This document shows, one piece after another, positions 10,251 through 21,041 of a stretch of 32,000 bases of DNA. The notes under the pieces are model-generated. The model was not told where the DNA came from, ran no database searches, and saw only the letters and a list, made by a program, of their open reading frames with translations. Source of the DNA: Aliivibrio fischeri ES114 (GTDB lineage: Bacteria > Pseudomonadota > Gammaproteobacteria > Enterobacterales > Vibrionaceae); assembly GCF_000011805.1 (NCBI RefSeq), contig NC_006841.2; one strand, 5' to 3'. The first letter of the stretch is position 1; every line of letters begins with the position of its first letter. A program made the position numbers and the translations under genes.

Positions 10251-11030
10251 GTGAATAAAGACCGTAATTTCGACGACATCGCCCACAAATTTGCGAAGAA
10301 CATTTATGGTTCCGACAAGGGCGGGATCCGTCAAACAATTGTATGGCAAGATATGGAAACTATCTTAGCTGAAAATAATGCAAAATCTGAGCCACTTACC
10401 GTTTTAGATGCCGGTGGTGGGATTGGACAAGTTTCTCAGCAAATTGCAAAACGCGGTCATTCAGTAACGTTATGTGATATTTCTTCAGAAATGCTGAAAT
10501 TAGCGAAAGAAGCAGTCGAAGACAACGGTTTATTACCGCAATATCAATTTATTCATACTGCTGTACAACAAATTGAACAGTATAATGTCGGGGAGGTTGA
10601 TATTCTTCTATTCCATGCGGTTATGGAATGGTTAGATAATCCAAAAGAAGCATTAGACATTCTTTTAAAACAAGTAAAACCGGGTGGATATGCGTCCATC
10701 ATGTTTTATAACCATCACGGCCTTGTGCTCAAAAATGTGATTTGTGGCAATATTCCTCATGTTTTAGATGGTATGCCTCATCGAAAAAGGTTTAAGTTAC
10801 AACCTCAAAAAGGTCTAATGCCTAATGACGTGTATCAGTGGATTGAAGATGCAGGTTATGAAATTAAAGGAAAATCAGGCATTCGTTCATTTCATGATTA
10901 CATTGGTAATATGGAATACATGGGCGATTACCAAATAGAAGACGTACTAAAGCTCGAAGAGCAGTTATGCCGTCAAGAACCTTATCTCTCTCTTGGCCGT
11001 TATATTCACGTATGGGCGAAGAGAAAATAA
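10251..11030 (+). CDS. cmoM: tRNA 5-carboxymethoxyuridine methyltransferase CmoM (SmtA), SAM-dependent
   Basis: 259 aa with a GTG start. [17 protein letters not shown], the SAM motif VLDAGGGIG and [17 protein letters not shown] are collinear with E. coli CmoM. It lies immediately upstream of mukF. Confidence 0.85.
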   Translation: MNKDRNFDDIAHKFAKNIYGSDKGGIRQTIVWQDMETILAENNAKSEPLTVLDAGGGIGQVSQQIAKRGHSVTLCDISSEMLKLAKEAVEDNGLLPQYQFIHTAVQQIEQYNVGEVDILLFHAVMEWLDNPKEALDILLKQVKPGGYASIMFYNHHGLVLKNVICGNIPHVLDGMPHRKRFKLQPQKGLMPNDVYQWIEDAGYEIKGKSGIRSFHDYIGNMEYMGDYQIEDVLKLEEQLCRQEPYLSLGRYIHVWAKRK

Positions 11031-11055
11031 TAATGATGTACACAAAGGATACACA

Positions 11056-12393
11056 ATGAGTGAGTTTTCTAATGCTGTTACAGACCAAACTGTTGATGAA
11101 CTGGTTGGTTGGGTAAAACAGCACGATTTCTCATTGAATTTGCCAACTGAGCGTTTGGCATTTTTGTTGGCCATTGCTGTTCTCAGTAATGAAAGATTTG
11201 ATGATGAGCTAGGTGAAGGCGAACTTCACGATGCGTTTGGAATCATCAGTGGGTTATTTGGACAATCCAGTGACACCATTGCTTTTCGTGCGAACAATGC
11301 AATCAATGAATTAGTAAAACAACGTTTAATTAGCCGCTTTAGTGGTGAAAGTACTGATGGAATGAACATCTATCGTCTTACGCCATTAGCTATCGGGATC
11401 ACTGATTATTATGTGCGCCACCGTCAATTCTCTAAATTGAAGCTTTCTATTCAATTGGCGATGGTTGCAGAAGAGATCCAAAAAGCATCAGAAGCGGCGG
11501 AAAAGGGCGGTGAAGCAAAACACTGGCGTAAAAACGTTTATGGTGTTCTGAAATACTCTGTTGGTGAGATCTTTGATCGTATTGATTTAAACCAACGTGT
11601 GATGGATGAACAGCAACAATCAGTAAAAGAAGAAATTGCGGAGCTGTTAAACCAAAATTGGCGTGAAGCGATTTCTAGCTGTGAAAAATTGCTTGATGAA
11701 ACATCAGGTAATTTACGTGAGCTGCAAGATTCATTGCAGGCTGCGGGCGATCAGCTGCAAACAGAATTGTTGAATATTCAAGAAATTGTTTACGGTAATG
11801 AAGAACTGGAGTTTATTGACGCTCTGTTGTATTCATTACAAATGAAGCTAGACCGTATTGTAAGTTGGGGTCAGCAAGCGATTGATCTTTGGATCGGTTA
11901 TGACCGACATGTTCATAAGTTTATCCGTACCGCAATTGATATGGATAAGAACCGAGCATTTAGCCAACGCTTACGTGATTCTGTTAAAGGTTACTTTGAT
12001 GCACCTTGGTTACTGACTTACGCTGATGCTGCTCGTCTTCGTGACATGCGTGATGAAGCACTAATACTGCGTGATGATGAAGTAACCGGTATTGTTCCAG
12101 ATGAAATGGAATACGAAGAATTAAGTGTGATCACAGATATTCTTGCAGAGCGTGTAGCAGAGATGCTTCAACACCATAAAGATACGGGCGAAGCAATTGA
12201 GTTAGGTACGATTCTTAAGAATTACCTATCAACATACCCACATTCTCAGCACTTTGATCTTGCCCGTCTTGTGGTAGATCAAGCGGTGCGCCTCGGTTAT
12301 TCAGAAGCCGATTTCCAAGCCGTTCAACCTGATTGGCAGTCTATTAACGAATTCGGTGCGAAGGTACAAGCAAATGTCATTGACAAATATTGA
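11056..12393 (+). CDS. mukF: Chromosome partition protein MukF (kleisin)
   Basis: The ORF track entry 10993-12393 is trimmed to the ATG at 11056, which is preceded by AAAGGAT. This gives a 445-aa product starting [22 protein letters not shown], comparable to the 440-aa E. coli MukF. It is the first gene of mukFEB. Confidence 0.93.
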   Translation: MSEFSNAVTDQTVDELVGWVKQHDFSLNLPTERLAFLLAIAVLSNERFDDELGEGELHDAFGIISGLFGQSSDTIAFRANNAINELVKQRLISRFSGESTDGMNIYRLTPLAIGITDYYVRHRQFSKLKLSIQLAMVAEEIQKASEAAEKGGEAKHWRKNVYGVLKYSVGEIFDRIDLNQRVMDEQQQSVKEEIAELLNQNWREAISSCEKLLDETSGNLRELQDSLQAAGDQLQTELLNIQEIVYGNEELEFIDALLYSLQMKLDRIVSWGQQAIDLWIGYDRHVHKFIRTAIDMDKNRAFSQRLRDSVKGYFDAPWLLTYADAARLRDMRDEALILRDDEVTGIVPDEMEYEELSVITDILAERVAEMLQHHKDTGEAIELGTILKNYLSTYPHSQHFDLARLVVDQAVRLGYSEADFQAVQPDWQSINEFGAKVQANVIDKY

Positions 12394-13111
12394 AGAATTT
12401 ATGCCTGAGAAGTTAGCAAAAGCGATTGCTAATCCATTATTCCCAGAGCTAGACAGTTTATTACGTTCTGGTCGTCATGTTGCCAGTGAAGATTTAGATA
12501 ATCACGCATTGTTATGTGAGTTTGAACATGAGCTAGGCCTGTTTTACCAACGTTATAACGCTGAACTGGTAAAGGCTCCAGAGGGCTTTTTCTATCTGCG
12601 TCCACGTTCAACGTCATTCATTGCACGTAGCGTTTTAGCTGAAATTGATATGCTTGTTGGTAAAGTATTGTGTTTCTTATACCTAAGTCCTGAGCGTTTG
12701 GCTCACGAAGGTATCTTTACTAATCAAGAGTTATTCGATGAGCTATTGGTATTAGCTGATGAACAAAAGCTAATGAAGCTAGTAACAAATCGTGCTTCTG
12801 GTTCTGACTTAGATAAAGAAAAGCTGTTTGATAAAGTAAGAACCTCTCTTCGTCGTTTAAAGCGTCTAGGAATGATTATCCCTGTTGGTGAACAAGGTAA
12901 ATTCCGTATTAGTGAAGCGGTTTTCCGTTTCGGTGCAGATGTACGTACAAGCGATGACATGAAAGAAGCGCAATTACGCTTAATCCGTGATGGTGAGGCG
13001 GTGGTTGTTCATCAAGAAGAAGCGAGTCAATCTAGCTTAGATCTTGATGCAGATAGCAATGAAAAACCGGCTGAAGAGCAACATGAATTAGAATTGGAAG
13101 GTGATCTATGA
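12374..13111 (+). CDS. mukE: Chromosome partition protein MukE
   Basis: Start chosen at [35 protein letters not shown], collinear with E. coli MukE [35 protein letters not shown]. It overlaps the mukF end. ATGs at 12356 or 12401 are alternative starts. Confidence 0.92.
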   Translation: MSLTNIEEFMPEKLAKAIANPLFPELDSLLRSGRHVASEDLDNHALLCEFEHELGLFYQRYNAELVKAPEGFFYLRPRSTSFIARSVLAEIDMLVGKVLCFLYLSPERLAHEGIFTNQELFDELLVLADEQKLMKLVTNRASGSDLDKEKLFDKVRTSLRRLKRLGMIIPVGEQGKFRISEAVFRFGADVRTSDDMKEAQLRLIRDGEAVVVHQEEASQSSLDLDADSNEKPAEEQHELELEGDL

Positions 13112-16100
13112 GTATGATTGAACGTGGTAAATATCAATCACTCACCATGGTTAACTGGAACGGCTTTTTTGCCCGTACTTTTGACATTGATAATCTAGTA
13201 ACCACACTTTCTGGTGGTAACGGTGCTGGTAAGTCGACCACAATGGCGGCGTTTATTACTACGCTTATTCCTGACCAGTCACTACTGCATTTTCGTAACA
13301 CAACAGAAGCGGGCAGCTCTCAAGCTTCTCGTGACAAAGGTCTGCACGGTAAATTAAAACCGGGTGCATGTTATGCAGCCCTAGATATTGTTAACTCTCG
13401 TAAGCAACGTGTACTTTTTGCAGTTAAATTACAGCAAGTAGCAGGTCGTGATAAGAAAGTTGATATCAAACCATTCATCGTTGTTGGTTTACCAAGTCAT
13501 GTAAAACCAACAGACTTAATGATTGAATCGCTTTCTGAAAATCAAGCTCGTGTTCGTCAAATCAATGACGTAAAAGAGATGGTTTCACAGTACGAAGGTG
13601 TTCAATTTAAAGCGTTTAATTCTGTAACGGATTACCACGCTCAAATGTTTGATTATGGTGTATTACCGAAGAAACTTCGTAACACAAGCGATCGTTCTAA
13701 GTTCTATCGTTTAATCGAAGCCTCTTTATACGGTGGTATCTCAAGTGCAATCACTCGTTCACTACGTGATTACTTATTGCCACAAAATGGTGGTGTTAAG
13801 AAAGCCTTCCAAGATATGGAAGCAGCACTACGTGAAAACCGTATGACACTAGAAGCGATCAAGACGACTCAGTCTGATCGTGACTTATTCAAACACTTAA
13901 TCACAGAATCAACGAATTACGTTGCTTCGGATTACATGCGTCATGCGAATGACCGTCGTAAGAAAGTTGAGCAAACATTAACGCATCGTGTTGAGTTAAT
14001 GAATGCACAACGCAGCTTAGTGGATCTATCGTCTGTATTAAATAATATGCAGAGTGAATTAGAGCTTCTTACTGAATCAGAATCAGGCCTTGAGCAAGAT
14101 TACCAAGCAGCGTCAGATCATCTTCAATTAGTGCAAACGGCAGTTCGTCAACAAGAGAAGATTGAGCGTTACTCTGAAGATCTAGAAGAGTTAACTGAGC
14201 GTTTAGAAGAGCAAGTAATGGTGGTGGAAGAAGCCGCTGAGCAACTTGCAATGGCTGAAGAGCAAGCGCTATTAACAGAAGAAGAAGTTGATAGCCTTAA
14301 AACACAGCTTGCTGATTATCAACAAGCGTTGGATATGCAGCAAACTCGTGCGCTTCAATACCAACAAGCAGTTAAAGCACTTGAAAAAGCGCAACAATTA
14401 ACAGCAAATGAGTCGTTAACTCAAGATAATGCGGTTGATCTTCAAGGTGAATTAAAAGCAAAAGAAGAACTTCAAACTACCGCATTACTTGCGATTAAAC
14501 ATAAGTTGGATCTTTCTTCTGCGGCAGTTCAACAGTTTGAACGCGGCTTAGCATTAGTAACTTCAATTGCAGGTCATGTTGAGCGTAATGAAGCATCAGA
14601 TAAGGCGAAAGCCTTAATTGAGCAAGCTCGTCAGTTTAACAATATTGCAGAGCGTGCAGAACAACTTAAAGCACAATATAAAGATCTTGAGCGTGCGGTT
14701 CGACTGCAACGTCAAGCTCAAGAACTTGCGGAAGAATATGCAAAACGTTTCAATATCACGATTGATTCTGAAATGGTTCTTGAGGAAGAGCAAGCTCGTC
14801 ATGAAGAGATGCTTGAAACGGTTCAAGAACAGCAAGAAAATATCGTTGATAAACGTTCAGAGCTAAAACGCCAAGAACAGCAACATCGTTCAGAAGCACA
14901 CCGTTTAGAGTCTATTGCACCTAAATGGATTGCTGCGAATGACGCACTGCACAAACTGAATGATCAATGTGGTGTTGAACTGGAAGATAGCCAAATGGTT
15001 ATCAGCCAAATGCAAGAAACGCTAGAAAATGAGCGTGTATTATCGACAAACAAAGATCGTCTAGCTGCTCGTAAAGAAGAGTTAGAATCTGAAATTGAGC
15101 GTCTAGCAGCCCCAGGTGGTAGTGGCGATGCACGTCTTAAAGGTCTTGCTGATACACTAGGTGGTGTATTACTTTCTGAGATTTATGACGATATTACGTT
15201 AAGTGATGCGCCGTACTTCAGTTCACTTTACGGTCCAGCTCGTCACGCTATCGTTGTTTCTGATTTATCAGGTATCAAAGATAAACTGGTTGATCTTGAA
15301 GATTGTCCGGATGATCTTTACATCATCGAAGGCGATATTGACGCGTTTGATGATAGCGTATTTGATGCTGAAGAGATGGAAAATGCGGTTTGTGTTCACT
15401 TAAATGATCGTCAAATGCGTTACTCTCGCTTCCCTGAATTACCATTATTTGGTCGTGCAGCCCGTGAACAGCGTTTAGAAACATTACGTGAAGAGCGTGA
15501 GATTGCAGTTGAAGAACACGCAAAAGCGGCGTTTGATTCACAAAAATTACAGCGTCTGTACCAAAGCTTCAATGGTTTTGTATCAACACACCTTGCTGTG
15601 GCATTTGATGCGGATCCAGAAGTTGAATTAAAACAAGCTCGTGAACAACTAGCACAAGTTAGCCGTCAGTTAACAGAATTAGTTGCGACAGAGCAGCAGC
15701 ATAAATCACAAATTTCAGCGTCTAAAGAAGCGTTATCTCAACTGGCTAAGATCGCGCCTCACATCAATGTGCTTGAAGATGAAACCATCACAGAGCGTTT
15801 TGAAGAGATCAGTGCTCAAGTTGAACAAGTATCAGAAGCAGAAAGTTTCTTACGTCAAAATGGTAAAGCCATTGCAGAACTAGAAACACTACAACGTGCA
15901 TTAGAAGTAGACCCTGAGCAATTTGATGCCTTAAAAGCAGAGCATGAGCAAATTGATGCACAGTTACAAAGCTTAAAAGCACAATTATTTGCTATTTCTG
16001 ATTTAGTAGAACGTCGTCATCACTTTGGTTATGAGGATGCCGTTGCACTACTGAATAAGAGCAGCGAACTGAATGAACAACTTAAAGCGAAATTAGTACA

Positions 16101-17580
16101 AGCAGAACAAGCACGTACTAAAGCGAAAGAGCAGCAGAAACAAGCTCAATCTCAAGCAAACCAATACAACCAAGTAATGGCATCGCTTAAGAGTTCGCAT
16201 CAAGCGAAACAAGAAACGGTTCAAGAGTTTAAACGTGAACTTCAAGAACTTGGTGTTCATGCTGATCACAGCGCATTAGAGCGTGCTGAAGTTCGTAAGA
16301 GTGAGCTAAATGAGCGTCTACACAGCTCTCGTGGTCGTAAGAGTGAGCTAGAAAAAGGCATCACGTCAAATGAACTTGAGATCAAAGGCTTAGTTAAGCA
16401 ATCACGTAAAGTTGAAAAACTGTACAAAGACTTACGTACTTTTGTTGTTAATGCAAAAGCGGGCTGGTGTTCAGTTCTACGTTTAGCTCGTGAGAACGAT
16501 GTAGAACGTCGTCTACATAAACGTGAACTTGCGTACTTAAGTGCGGAAGAATTACGCTCAATGTCGGACAAATCATTAGGTGCGCTTCGTCTAGCTGTTG
16601 CAGATAACGAAGACCTACGTGATTCACTACGTGCTTCTGAAGACACAAGTAAGCCAGAGCGTAAAGTTCTGTTCTACATTGCTGTATACCAACATCTTCG
16701 TGAGCGTATTCGTCAAGATATCATCCACACTGATGATCCAGTTGAAGCAATTGAAGAGATGGAAACTGAGCTTGGTCGTCTGACTGAAGAGCTGACATCT
16801 CGTGAAAACCGTTTAGCACTAAGCTCTGAAAGTGTTGCGAACATTATTCGTAAGACTATTCAGCGTGAGCAAAACCGTATTCGTATGTTGAACCAAGGTT
16901 TATCACAAATTGGTTTTGGTCAAGTAACGGGCGTTCGTCTAAACGTAGGTATTCGTGAAACTCACGCAACACTACTAGCGGGTCTGTCTGAGCATCAAGC
17001 ACAACACCAAGATCTATTTGGTAATGCTCGTTTAACTTTCTCTGAAGCGATTGCAAAATTGTTCCAACGTATTAACCCGCATATCGATGTTGGTCAACGT
17101 TCACCACAAACCTTAGGTGAAGAGTTACTGGATTACCGTAACTACCTTGAACTAAACATTGAAGTAAACCGTGGTGCAGATGGTTGGCTACAAGCAGAGT
17201 CAGGCGCTCTATCAACAGGTGAAGCGATTGGTACTGGTCAAGCGATCCTACTAATGGTTATTCAAAGCTGGGAAGAAGAGTCTCGTCGTCTTCGTAGTAA
17301 AGATATTATGCCTTGTCGTCTATTATTCTTGGATGAAGCGGCGCGTCTAGATGGTAAGTCTATCGCTACGCTATTTGAATTGTGTGACCGTTTGGACATG
17401 CAACTTCTTATCGCGGCACCAGAAAACATCAGTCCAGAGAAGGGGACAACCTACAAACTGGTTCGTAAGATCTTTAAAGATCGCGAGCACGTTCATGTGG
17501 TTGGTCTTAAAGGTTTTGGACAAGAGTTAGCAGCAAGCCGTACTCAACAAACGCTAGAAGAAGCAGAGATAGCAGAATAA
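13108..17580 (+). CDS. mukB: Chromosome partition protein MukB (SMC-like condensin ATPase)
   Basis: 1490 aa. The N-terminal head [23 protein letters not shown]...[14 protein letters not shown] carries Walker A. Long coiled coils follow. The C-terminal head LSTGEAIG...[11 protein letters not shown] carries the signature and Walker B motifs. Collinear with E. coli MukB. The ATG at 13114 (MIERGK) is an equally plausible start. Confidence 0.97.
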   Translation: MSMIERGKYQSLTMVNWNGFFARTFDIDNLVTTLSGGNGAGKSTTMAAFITTLIPDQSLLHFRNTTEAGSSQASRDKGLHGKLKPGACYAALDIVNSRKQRVLFAVKLQQVAGRDKKVDIKPFIVVGLPSHVKPTDLMIESLSENQARVRQINDVKEMVSQYEGVQFKAFNSVTDYHAQMFDYGVLPKKLRNTSDRSKFYRLIEASLYGGISSAITRSLRDYLLPQNGGVKKAFQDMEAALRENRMTLEAIKTTQSDRDLFKHLITESTNYVASDYMRHANDRRKKVEQTLTHRVELMNAQRSLVDLSSVLNNMQSELELLTESESGLEQDYQAASDHLQLVQTAVRQQEKIERYSEDLEELTERLEEQVMVVEEAAEQLAMAEEQALLTEEEVDSLKTQLADYQQALDMQQTRALQYQQAVKALEKAQQLTANESLTQDNAVDLQGELKAKEELQTTALLAIKHKLDLSSAAVQQFERGLALVTSIAGHVERNEASDKAKALIEQARQFNNIAERAEQLKAQYKDLERAVRLQRQAQELAEEYAKRFNITIDSEMVLEEEQARHEEMLETVQEQQENIVDKRSELKRQEQQHRSEAHRLESIAPKWIAANDALHKLNDQCGVELEDSQMVISQMQETLENERVLSTNKDRLAARKEELESEIERLAAPGGSGDARLKGLADTLGGVLLSEIYDDITLSDAPYFSSLYGPARHAIVVSDLSGIKDKLVDLEDCPDDLYIIEGDIDAFDDSVFDAEEMENAVCVHLNDRQMRYSRFPELPLFGRAAREQRLETLREEREIAVEEHAKAAFDSQKLQRLYQSFNGFVSTHLAVAFDADPEVELKQAREQLAQVSRQLTELVATEQQHKSQISASKEALSQLAKIAPHINVLEDETITERFEEISAQVEQVSEAESFLRQNGKAIAELETLQRALEVDPEQFDALKAEHEQIDAQLQSLKAQLFAISDLVERRHHFGYEDAVALLNKSSELNEQLKAKLVQAEQARTKAKEQQKQAQSQANQYNQVMASLKSSHQAKQETVQEFKRELQELGVHADHSALERAEVRKSELNERLHSSRGRKSELEKGITSNELEIKGLVKQSRKVEKLYKDLRTFVVNAKAGWCSVLRLARENDVERRLHKRELAYLSAEELRSMSDKSLGALRLAVADNEDLRDSLRASEDTSKPERKVLFYIAVYQHLRERIRQDIIHTDDPVEAIEEMETELGRLTEELTSRENRLALSSESVANIIRKTIQREQNRIRMLNQGLSQIGFGQVTGVRLNVGIRETHATLLAGLSEHQAQHQDLFGNARLTFSEAIAKLFQRINPHIDVGQRSPQTLGEELLDYRNYLELNIEVNRGADGWLQAESGALSTGEAIGTGQAILLMVIQSWEEESRRLRSKDIMPCRLLFLDEAARLDGKSIATLFELCDRLDMQLLIAAPENISPEKGTTYKLVRKIFKDREHVHVVGLKGFGQELAASRTQQTLEEAEIAE

Positions 17581-17603
17581 GCGTTAAATAACGTTAATAA
17601 GTG

Positions 17604-17637
17604 AATGGCAGTCAGAAATGGCTGCCATTTTTTTTTG
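17604..17637 (+). terminator. Rho-independent terminator of mukFEB
   Basis: AATGGCAG (17604-17611) pairs with CTGCCATT (17622-17629). A run of 9-10 T follows. Confidence 0.85.
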
Positions 17638-17693
17638 GAAAGATAATTGCATAGCTTCTACCGTTAACTTTAAATAATAAAAAGGATGAAAAA

Positions 17694-18311
17694 TTGACAG
17701 AAAACACAAACATAGATAACGCTAATGGTGAATTTGAAAACCCATTAGTGTGGTCATTATTTGAGGTGTTGCAAGAGTCAAAACAAGTATGGAAAGTGCA
17801 TACGTTATCAACTCATCTGATGGAGAAGGGATTACTTAATCATTTAGATGAAAATCCTGAGAAAGACTTATTTAAACGCAATTTTTTGATCATGAATGCA
17901 CTTTATCAATTGCAAAGCGAGCTGTATCCAGAGCAATGGTTACAAGTAGAATCCATGAATATTTTGTTGTTTCAAGTTTCAAAAACAACAGAAGCGGAAT
18001 GCGTTATAGATAAAACACATCCTTTGCGTGAATACTATTTAGATTGGTCAAATTACCAAGCGAATGAAGATGAAGTAAAACGATTATTAAATGAGTTTTG
18101 GAGCAGTTATCGACGTTATCTTGGTGGGAATAGTATTAAAACGATGGATCGCCACCAAGCATTAAAGTTATTTGGCTTATCAGAAAGTGCAACGTCAAAG
18201 GAAATCCGTAGGCAGTGGCGAAAACTAGGAATGAAGCACCACCCAGACAGAGAAACCGGTGATGCTAATACTTTTAGAATAATGTGTGAAGCGTGGAATA
18301 TATTGAGATAG
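17694..18311 (+). CDS. DnaJ-related protein with a short C-terminal J-domain
   Basis: 205 aa with a TTG start 7 nt after AAAGGA. The upstream ATG at 17686 runs into a stop after 3 codons. The C-terminus ALKLFGLSESATSKEIRRQWRKLGMKHHPDRETGDANTFRIMCEAWNIL has the HPD tripeptide and J-domain helices II-III. The N-terminal ~150 aa are not otherwise recognisable to me. Confidence 0.75.
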   Translation: MTENTNIDNANGEFENPLVWSLFEVLQESKQVWKVHTLSTHLMEKGLLNHLDENPEKDLFKRNFLIMNALYQLQSELYPEQWLQVESMNILLFQVSKTTEAECVIDKTHPLREYYLDWSNYQANEDEVKRLLNEFWSSYRRYLGGNSIKTMDRHQALKLFGLSESATSKEIRRQWRKLGMKHHPDRETGDANTFRIMCEAWNILR

Positions 18312-18317
18312 AGGTTG

Positions 18318-19667
18318 TTATAACTCAGGTTCTAATTTTTCTTGGAACAGCAATCGAGCTCTTAATCCTGGATAATTATCACTTAAACTGATCTGTCCAT
18401 CGTGTAGTTTCATGACCGTATTAACTAATGCGAGTCCTAAACCAAAACCATGTTGAGTGCGACTCGGGTCTAATCTAACTAATTGACCTAAGGCGCGCTC
18501 TCTATCTTCCGGTTTTATGCCTCTACCATTATCAGCAACCACCACACCAAAACAATCGACAATAACTTCGATAACGCCACCTTCATGAGTGTACTTAATG
18601 GCGTTATCAATAATGTTGAATACGGCACGGAAAATAAGGCTAGGGTTAGCGTAAAGTAAACAAGGCATTTCTTCTGTGAAATGAAGAGTTTGTTTTTTAT
18701 CCGCTACTGTAGGCTCTGCAAATTCAATGGCATCACGTACAATTTTACTTAAATCGCACATTTCTTTATTGATAGGAGTGCCTCCATTTTCAAGATGATA
18801 TAGCTCCATCATGCCATTGAAGGTTTCAAGTAATAAAGAAAAGTCAGACTGTATATTATCTAATTGTTCGGTGTGTTGTTGAGAAAGAGACTCGTCATAG
18901 AGCAGATCTTCTATTCTTAATTTAATTCGCCCCATAGGGGTTCTGAGATCATGAGCAATATCGACAGTTAATGATTTTAACTTAGACTCACTTTGCTCCA
19001 TTTGTTCAAGCATCGAATTTAAATGAAGAGCCAATAAATCGAATTCGTTCATATCAGGACCGACTTTTAACCGTACATTACGCTCACCAAGCATCACTCG
19101 ATTCATTGTTGCATTAACGAGGTTAAGGCGCTTTAGAATGTAGACAGCAATGAGAATTGCGATTAAACACAGGGCAATAAAAGGAAAGAACGTTCCCCAA
19201 ATTACCGATGAATCTAATTGCTTCTTAAAACTCTGATAGCGATTTTGGTCAATACCAACGACAAGTTCCGAACCATCAGGTAGATTTATTTTAGTTGCCC
19301 GCATATCAGGAAGGTCAGTATTTGTAGAAGATTGTTTTATTTGTGCAATAACAGGATAAGCCGTTGCTGCAGTATTCGTTGGTGTTGGCGATGCATGATG
19401 AACGAATTGATAAATGTATCGGCTATCACCTTGAGTATTATTAATATTTTGTTGAATGGCATCGACACCCTCTGTATCGACAATCGCTTGTAGTTGCGCC
19501 GTTTCAGCTCTAAGCCATTCATCAAGGTTGTGGTTATACAGTTGAACAGAAGTTGAATAGAGTTGGTAAATAATCAACCCCATAACTAAAAATAACCCGA
19601 TAGCAAACCATATTAATAATTTTAAAATGGAGGAACGGTAAAGCTCATCACGTTGTTCTAAGAACAT
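18318..19667 (-). CDS. Sensor histidine kinase (two TM helices, periplasmic domain, HisKA + HATPase_c)
   Basis: H-box IAHDLRTPM, N-box IIDNAIKYT, G1 DNGRGI and G2 GFGLGL are present. Hydrophobic helices lie near residues 15-40 and 160-185. Start chosen at the ATG at 19667 (MFLEQRDE), which has GGAG 6 nt upstream. The ORF-track start at 19679 is a GTG. Confidence 0.88.
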   Translation of the reverse strand: MFLEQRDELYRSSILKLLIWFAIGLFLVMGLIIYQLYSTSVQLYNHNLDEWLRAETAQLQAIVDTEGVDAIQQNINNTQGDSRYIYQFVHHASPTPTNTAATAYPVIAQIKQSSTNTDLPDMRATKINLPDGSELVVGIDQNRYQSFKKQLDSSVIWGTFFPFIALCLIAILIAVYILKRLNLVNATMNRVMLGERNVRLKVGPDMNEFDLLALHLNSMLEQMEQSESKLKSLTVDIAHDLRTPMGRIKLRIEDLLYDESLSQQHTEQLDNIQSDFSLLLETFNGMMELYHLENGGTPINKEMCDLSKIVRDAIEFAEPTVADKKQTLHFTEEMPCLLYANPSLIFRAVFNIIDNAIKYTHEGGVIEVIVDCFGVVVADNGRGIKPEDRERALGQLVRLDPSRTQHGFGLGLALVNTVMKLHDGQISLSDNYPGLRARLLFQEKLEPEL

Positions 19668-20325
19668 AACCAGCTCCACGTACGGTTTCGATGAGATCCA
19701 CAGCTCCAGAGTTATCTAATTTTTTGCGTAACTTAGCAATATGAACATCAATAACATTGGTTTTTGGATCAAAGTGATAATCCCATGCAGCTTCAAATAA
19801 TCGCATTCGAGAAACCACTTCATCAGCATTTTCCGCAAGATAACGTAATAAAATAAATTCTTTATTTTGTAATGGAACAATGTTGTCATTGATCGTGACT
19901 TTTTGCGAACGTAAATTGATGTTTAAATTCTTAATTTTCAGTTCGTTAGAAGCACTTTCAATCGGTCTATTTCGACGTAATATGATATTGATACGAGCTA
20001 ATAGCTCAGCTAAAGCAAAAGGTTTGGTTAGGTAATCGTCACTACCTGCAGTAAGTCCTTCAACCCTTTGATCGACGCTATCTAATGCACTAAGAATAAG
20101 CACAGGGGTATTATTTCCTGTAGCACGAATTGCTGATAGGATTTTTAACCCATCAAGATTAGGTAGCATGCGGTCAAGAATGATTAATTGATAATCACAA
20201 CTTATCGCCATCATTAAACCTTCTTTGCCATCATCAGAACTATCAACAATGAAGCCTTCTTGTTCTAGCGCTTTAGTCACAAAATCTCGAGTTGTTTGGT
20301 CGTCTTCAATAACCAATATTTTCAT
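19648..20325 (-). CDS. OmpR/PhoB-family response regulator
   Basis: 225 aa. The receiver domain (MKILVIEDD...LIILDRMLPNLDG...KPF) includes a phospho-acceptor Asp in ILD. The C-terminal winged-helix domain ends ...IETVRGAGYVL. It overlaps the kinase gene, the typical RR-HK operon layout. Confidence 0.93.
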   Translation of the reverse strand: MKILVIEDDQTTRDFVTKALEQEGFIVDSSDDGKEGLMMAISCDYQLIILDRMLPNLDGLKILSAIRATGNNTPVLILSALDSVDQRVEGLTAGSDDYLTKPFALAELLARINIILRRNRPIESASNELKIKNLNINLRSQKVTINDNIVPLQNKEFILLRYLAENADEVVSRMRLFEAAWDYHFDPKTNVIDVHIAKLRKKLDNSGAVDLIETVRGAGYVLRTT

Positions 20326-20351
20326 AACTTACTCTCTTATTTAGAGATTTT

Positions 20352-20360
20352 ATTATAACA
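20352..20360 (-). promoter_or_regulatory. Candidate extended -10 element (TGTTATAAT) for the RR-HK operon
   Basis: The minus strand reads ...CTTGTTATAATAAAATCTCTAAATAAGAGAGTAAGTT-ATG. This is a consensus TATAAT with an upstream TG, about 27 nt before the RR start codon. No experimental support. Confidence 0.35.
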
Positions 20361-20565
20361 AGAAAAAAGTGTTGATTCACAATTATAGAAAAAACTAAGT
20401 AATGACTCTCAATTCTAAGGACTAGAAATAATACGATTTTCAATTTTTGCGTAAATTTAAGCAAAAATGAACATTTAACTCTAGTGCGATATTAATCGAT
20501 TGTTTATAAAACCTACGGCTATTGAGTAAGTTAAAAATAATCTTATATCGTGGTGGAGAAATAAT

Positions 20566-20967
20566 ATGAGTAATTATTTTGACGATTTTCCTGAAGAGAA
20601 TCCGAAAAATGGGGTAGGGAAACAATTCAATTTTGAATTAGCGCAGTATTTTCGTGAACAACAAGAATCTAGTGATGAAGCGACATCAGAAATAATAACA
20701 CTAGAAGAAGCGAGCAAGGCGTTAATTGAGCAAGAAGAACGTGAGCAAAGAGAATTAAAGCTCGAGTTTTTATCAAGAATTGAAGAATGTCCACACTGTA
20801 ATGAGACAGAATTAAATATCTACCATTTTACGAGAGAATTATTTAGGTATGAATGCCAATGCTGTGGGATTTATGGCAATGGAATAAATGAAGCTGAAGC
20901 GTATCAAGCTATGTTATTGGCTATTGAAGAGGGCTTTGATTGGCGGAAACATCAGGTTGCATTGTAA
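20566..20967 (+). CDS. Hypothetical protein: acidic, coiled-coil-like N-terminal half plus C-terminal CxxC...CxxC zinc ribbon
   Basis: 133-aa ORF preceded by GGTGGAG 8 nt upstream. The C-terminus reads ECPHCNETELNIYHFTRELFRYECQCCGIYGNG. The 20974-21003 hairpin follows. Confidence 0.7.
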   Translation: MSNYFDDFPEENPKNGVGKQFNFELAQYFREQQESSDEATSEIITLEEASKALIEQEEREQRELKLEFLSRIEECPHCNETELNIYHFTRELFRYECQCCGIYGNGINEAEAYQAMLLAIEEGFDWRKHQVAL

Positions 20968-20973
20968 AGATAA

Positions 20974-21003
20974 AGAGCCTTAACGGGGGAACATTAAGGC
21001 TCT
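20974..21003. terminator. Bidirectional hairpin between convergent genes
   Basis: Perfect 10-bp stem AGAGCCTTAA/TTAAGGCTCT with a 10-nt loop, between the 20967 and 21042 stop codons. The T-runs are weak. Confidence 0.6.
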
Positions 21004-21041
21004 GAGTTTACAACATAATATCTGGTACGAATATTATGAAG

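Noticed and set aside
1636-12960. Other embedded or antisense track ORFs (1636-2025, 3447-3707, 5905-6105, 8822-9061, 9020-9208, 10864-11124, 10965-11174, 12429-12617, 12724-12960)
   Set aside because: Each overlaps a well-supported conserved gene (ppaC, comEC, msbA, kdsB, cmoM/mukF, mukE). None shows an RBS or a recognisable motif.
13108-17580. Nine short ORFs inside mukB on either strand (14069-14251, 14614-14835, 14618-14866, 15203-15403, 15323-15541, 15683-15883, 16266-16646, 16448-16648, 16598-16783, 16856-17056)
   Set aside because: All are embedded in a continuous 1490-codon ORF with end-to-end MukB homology. Their low-complexity translations are typical of alternative frames of coiled-coil coding sequence.
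18318-20325. The two-component system as CusRS for the nearby cus cluster
   Set aside because: It is 6 kb and six unrelated genes away from cus. The kinase periplasmic domain lacks the His/Met-rich copper-sensing pattern. The cus promoter carries a MerR-type 19-bp-spacer architecture rather than a CusR box.
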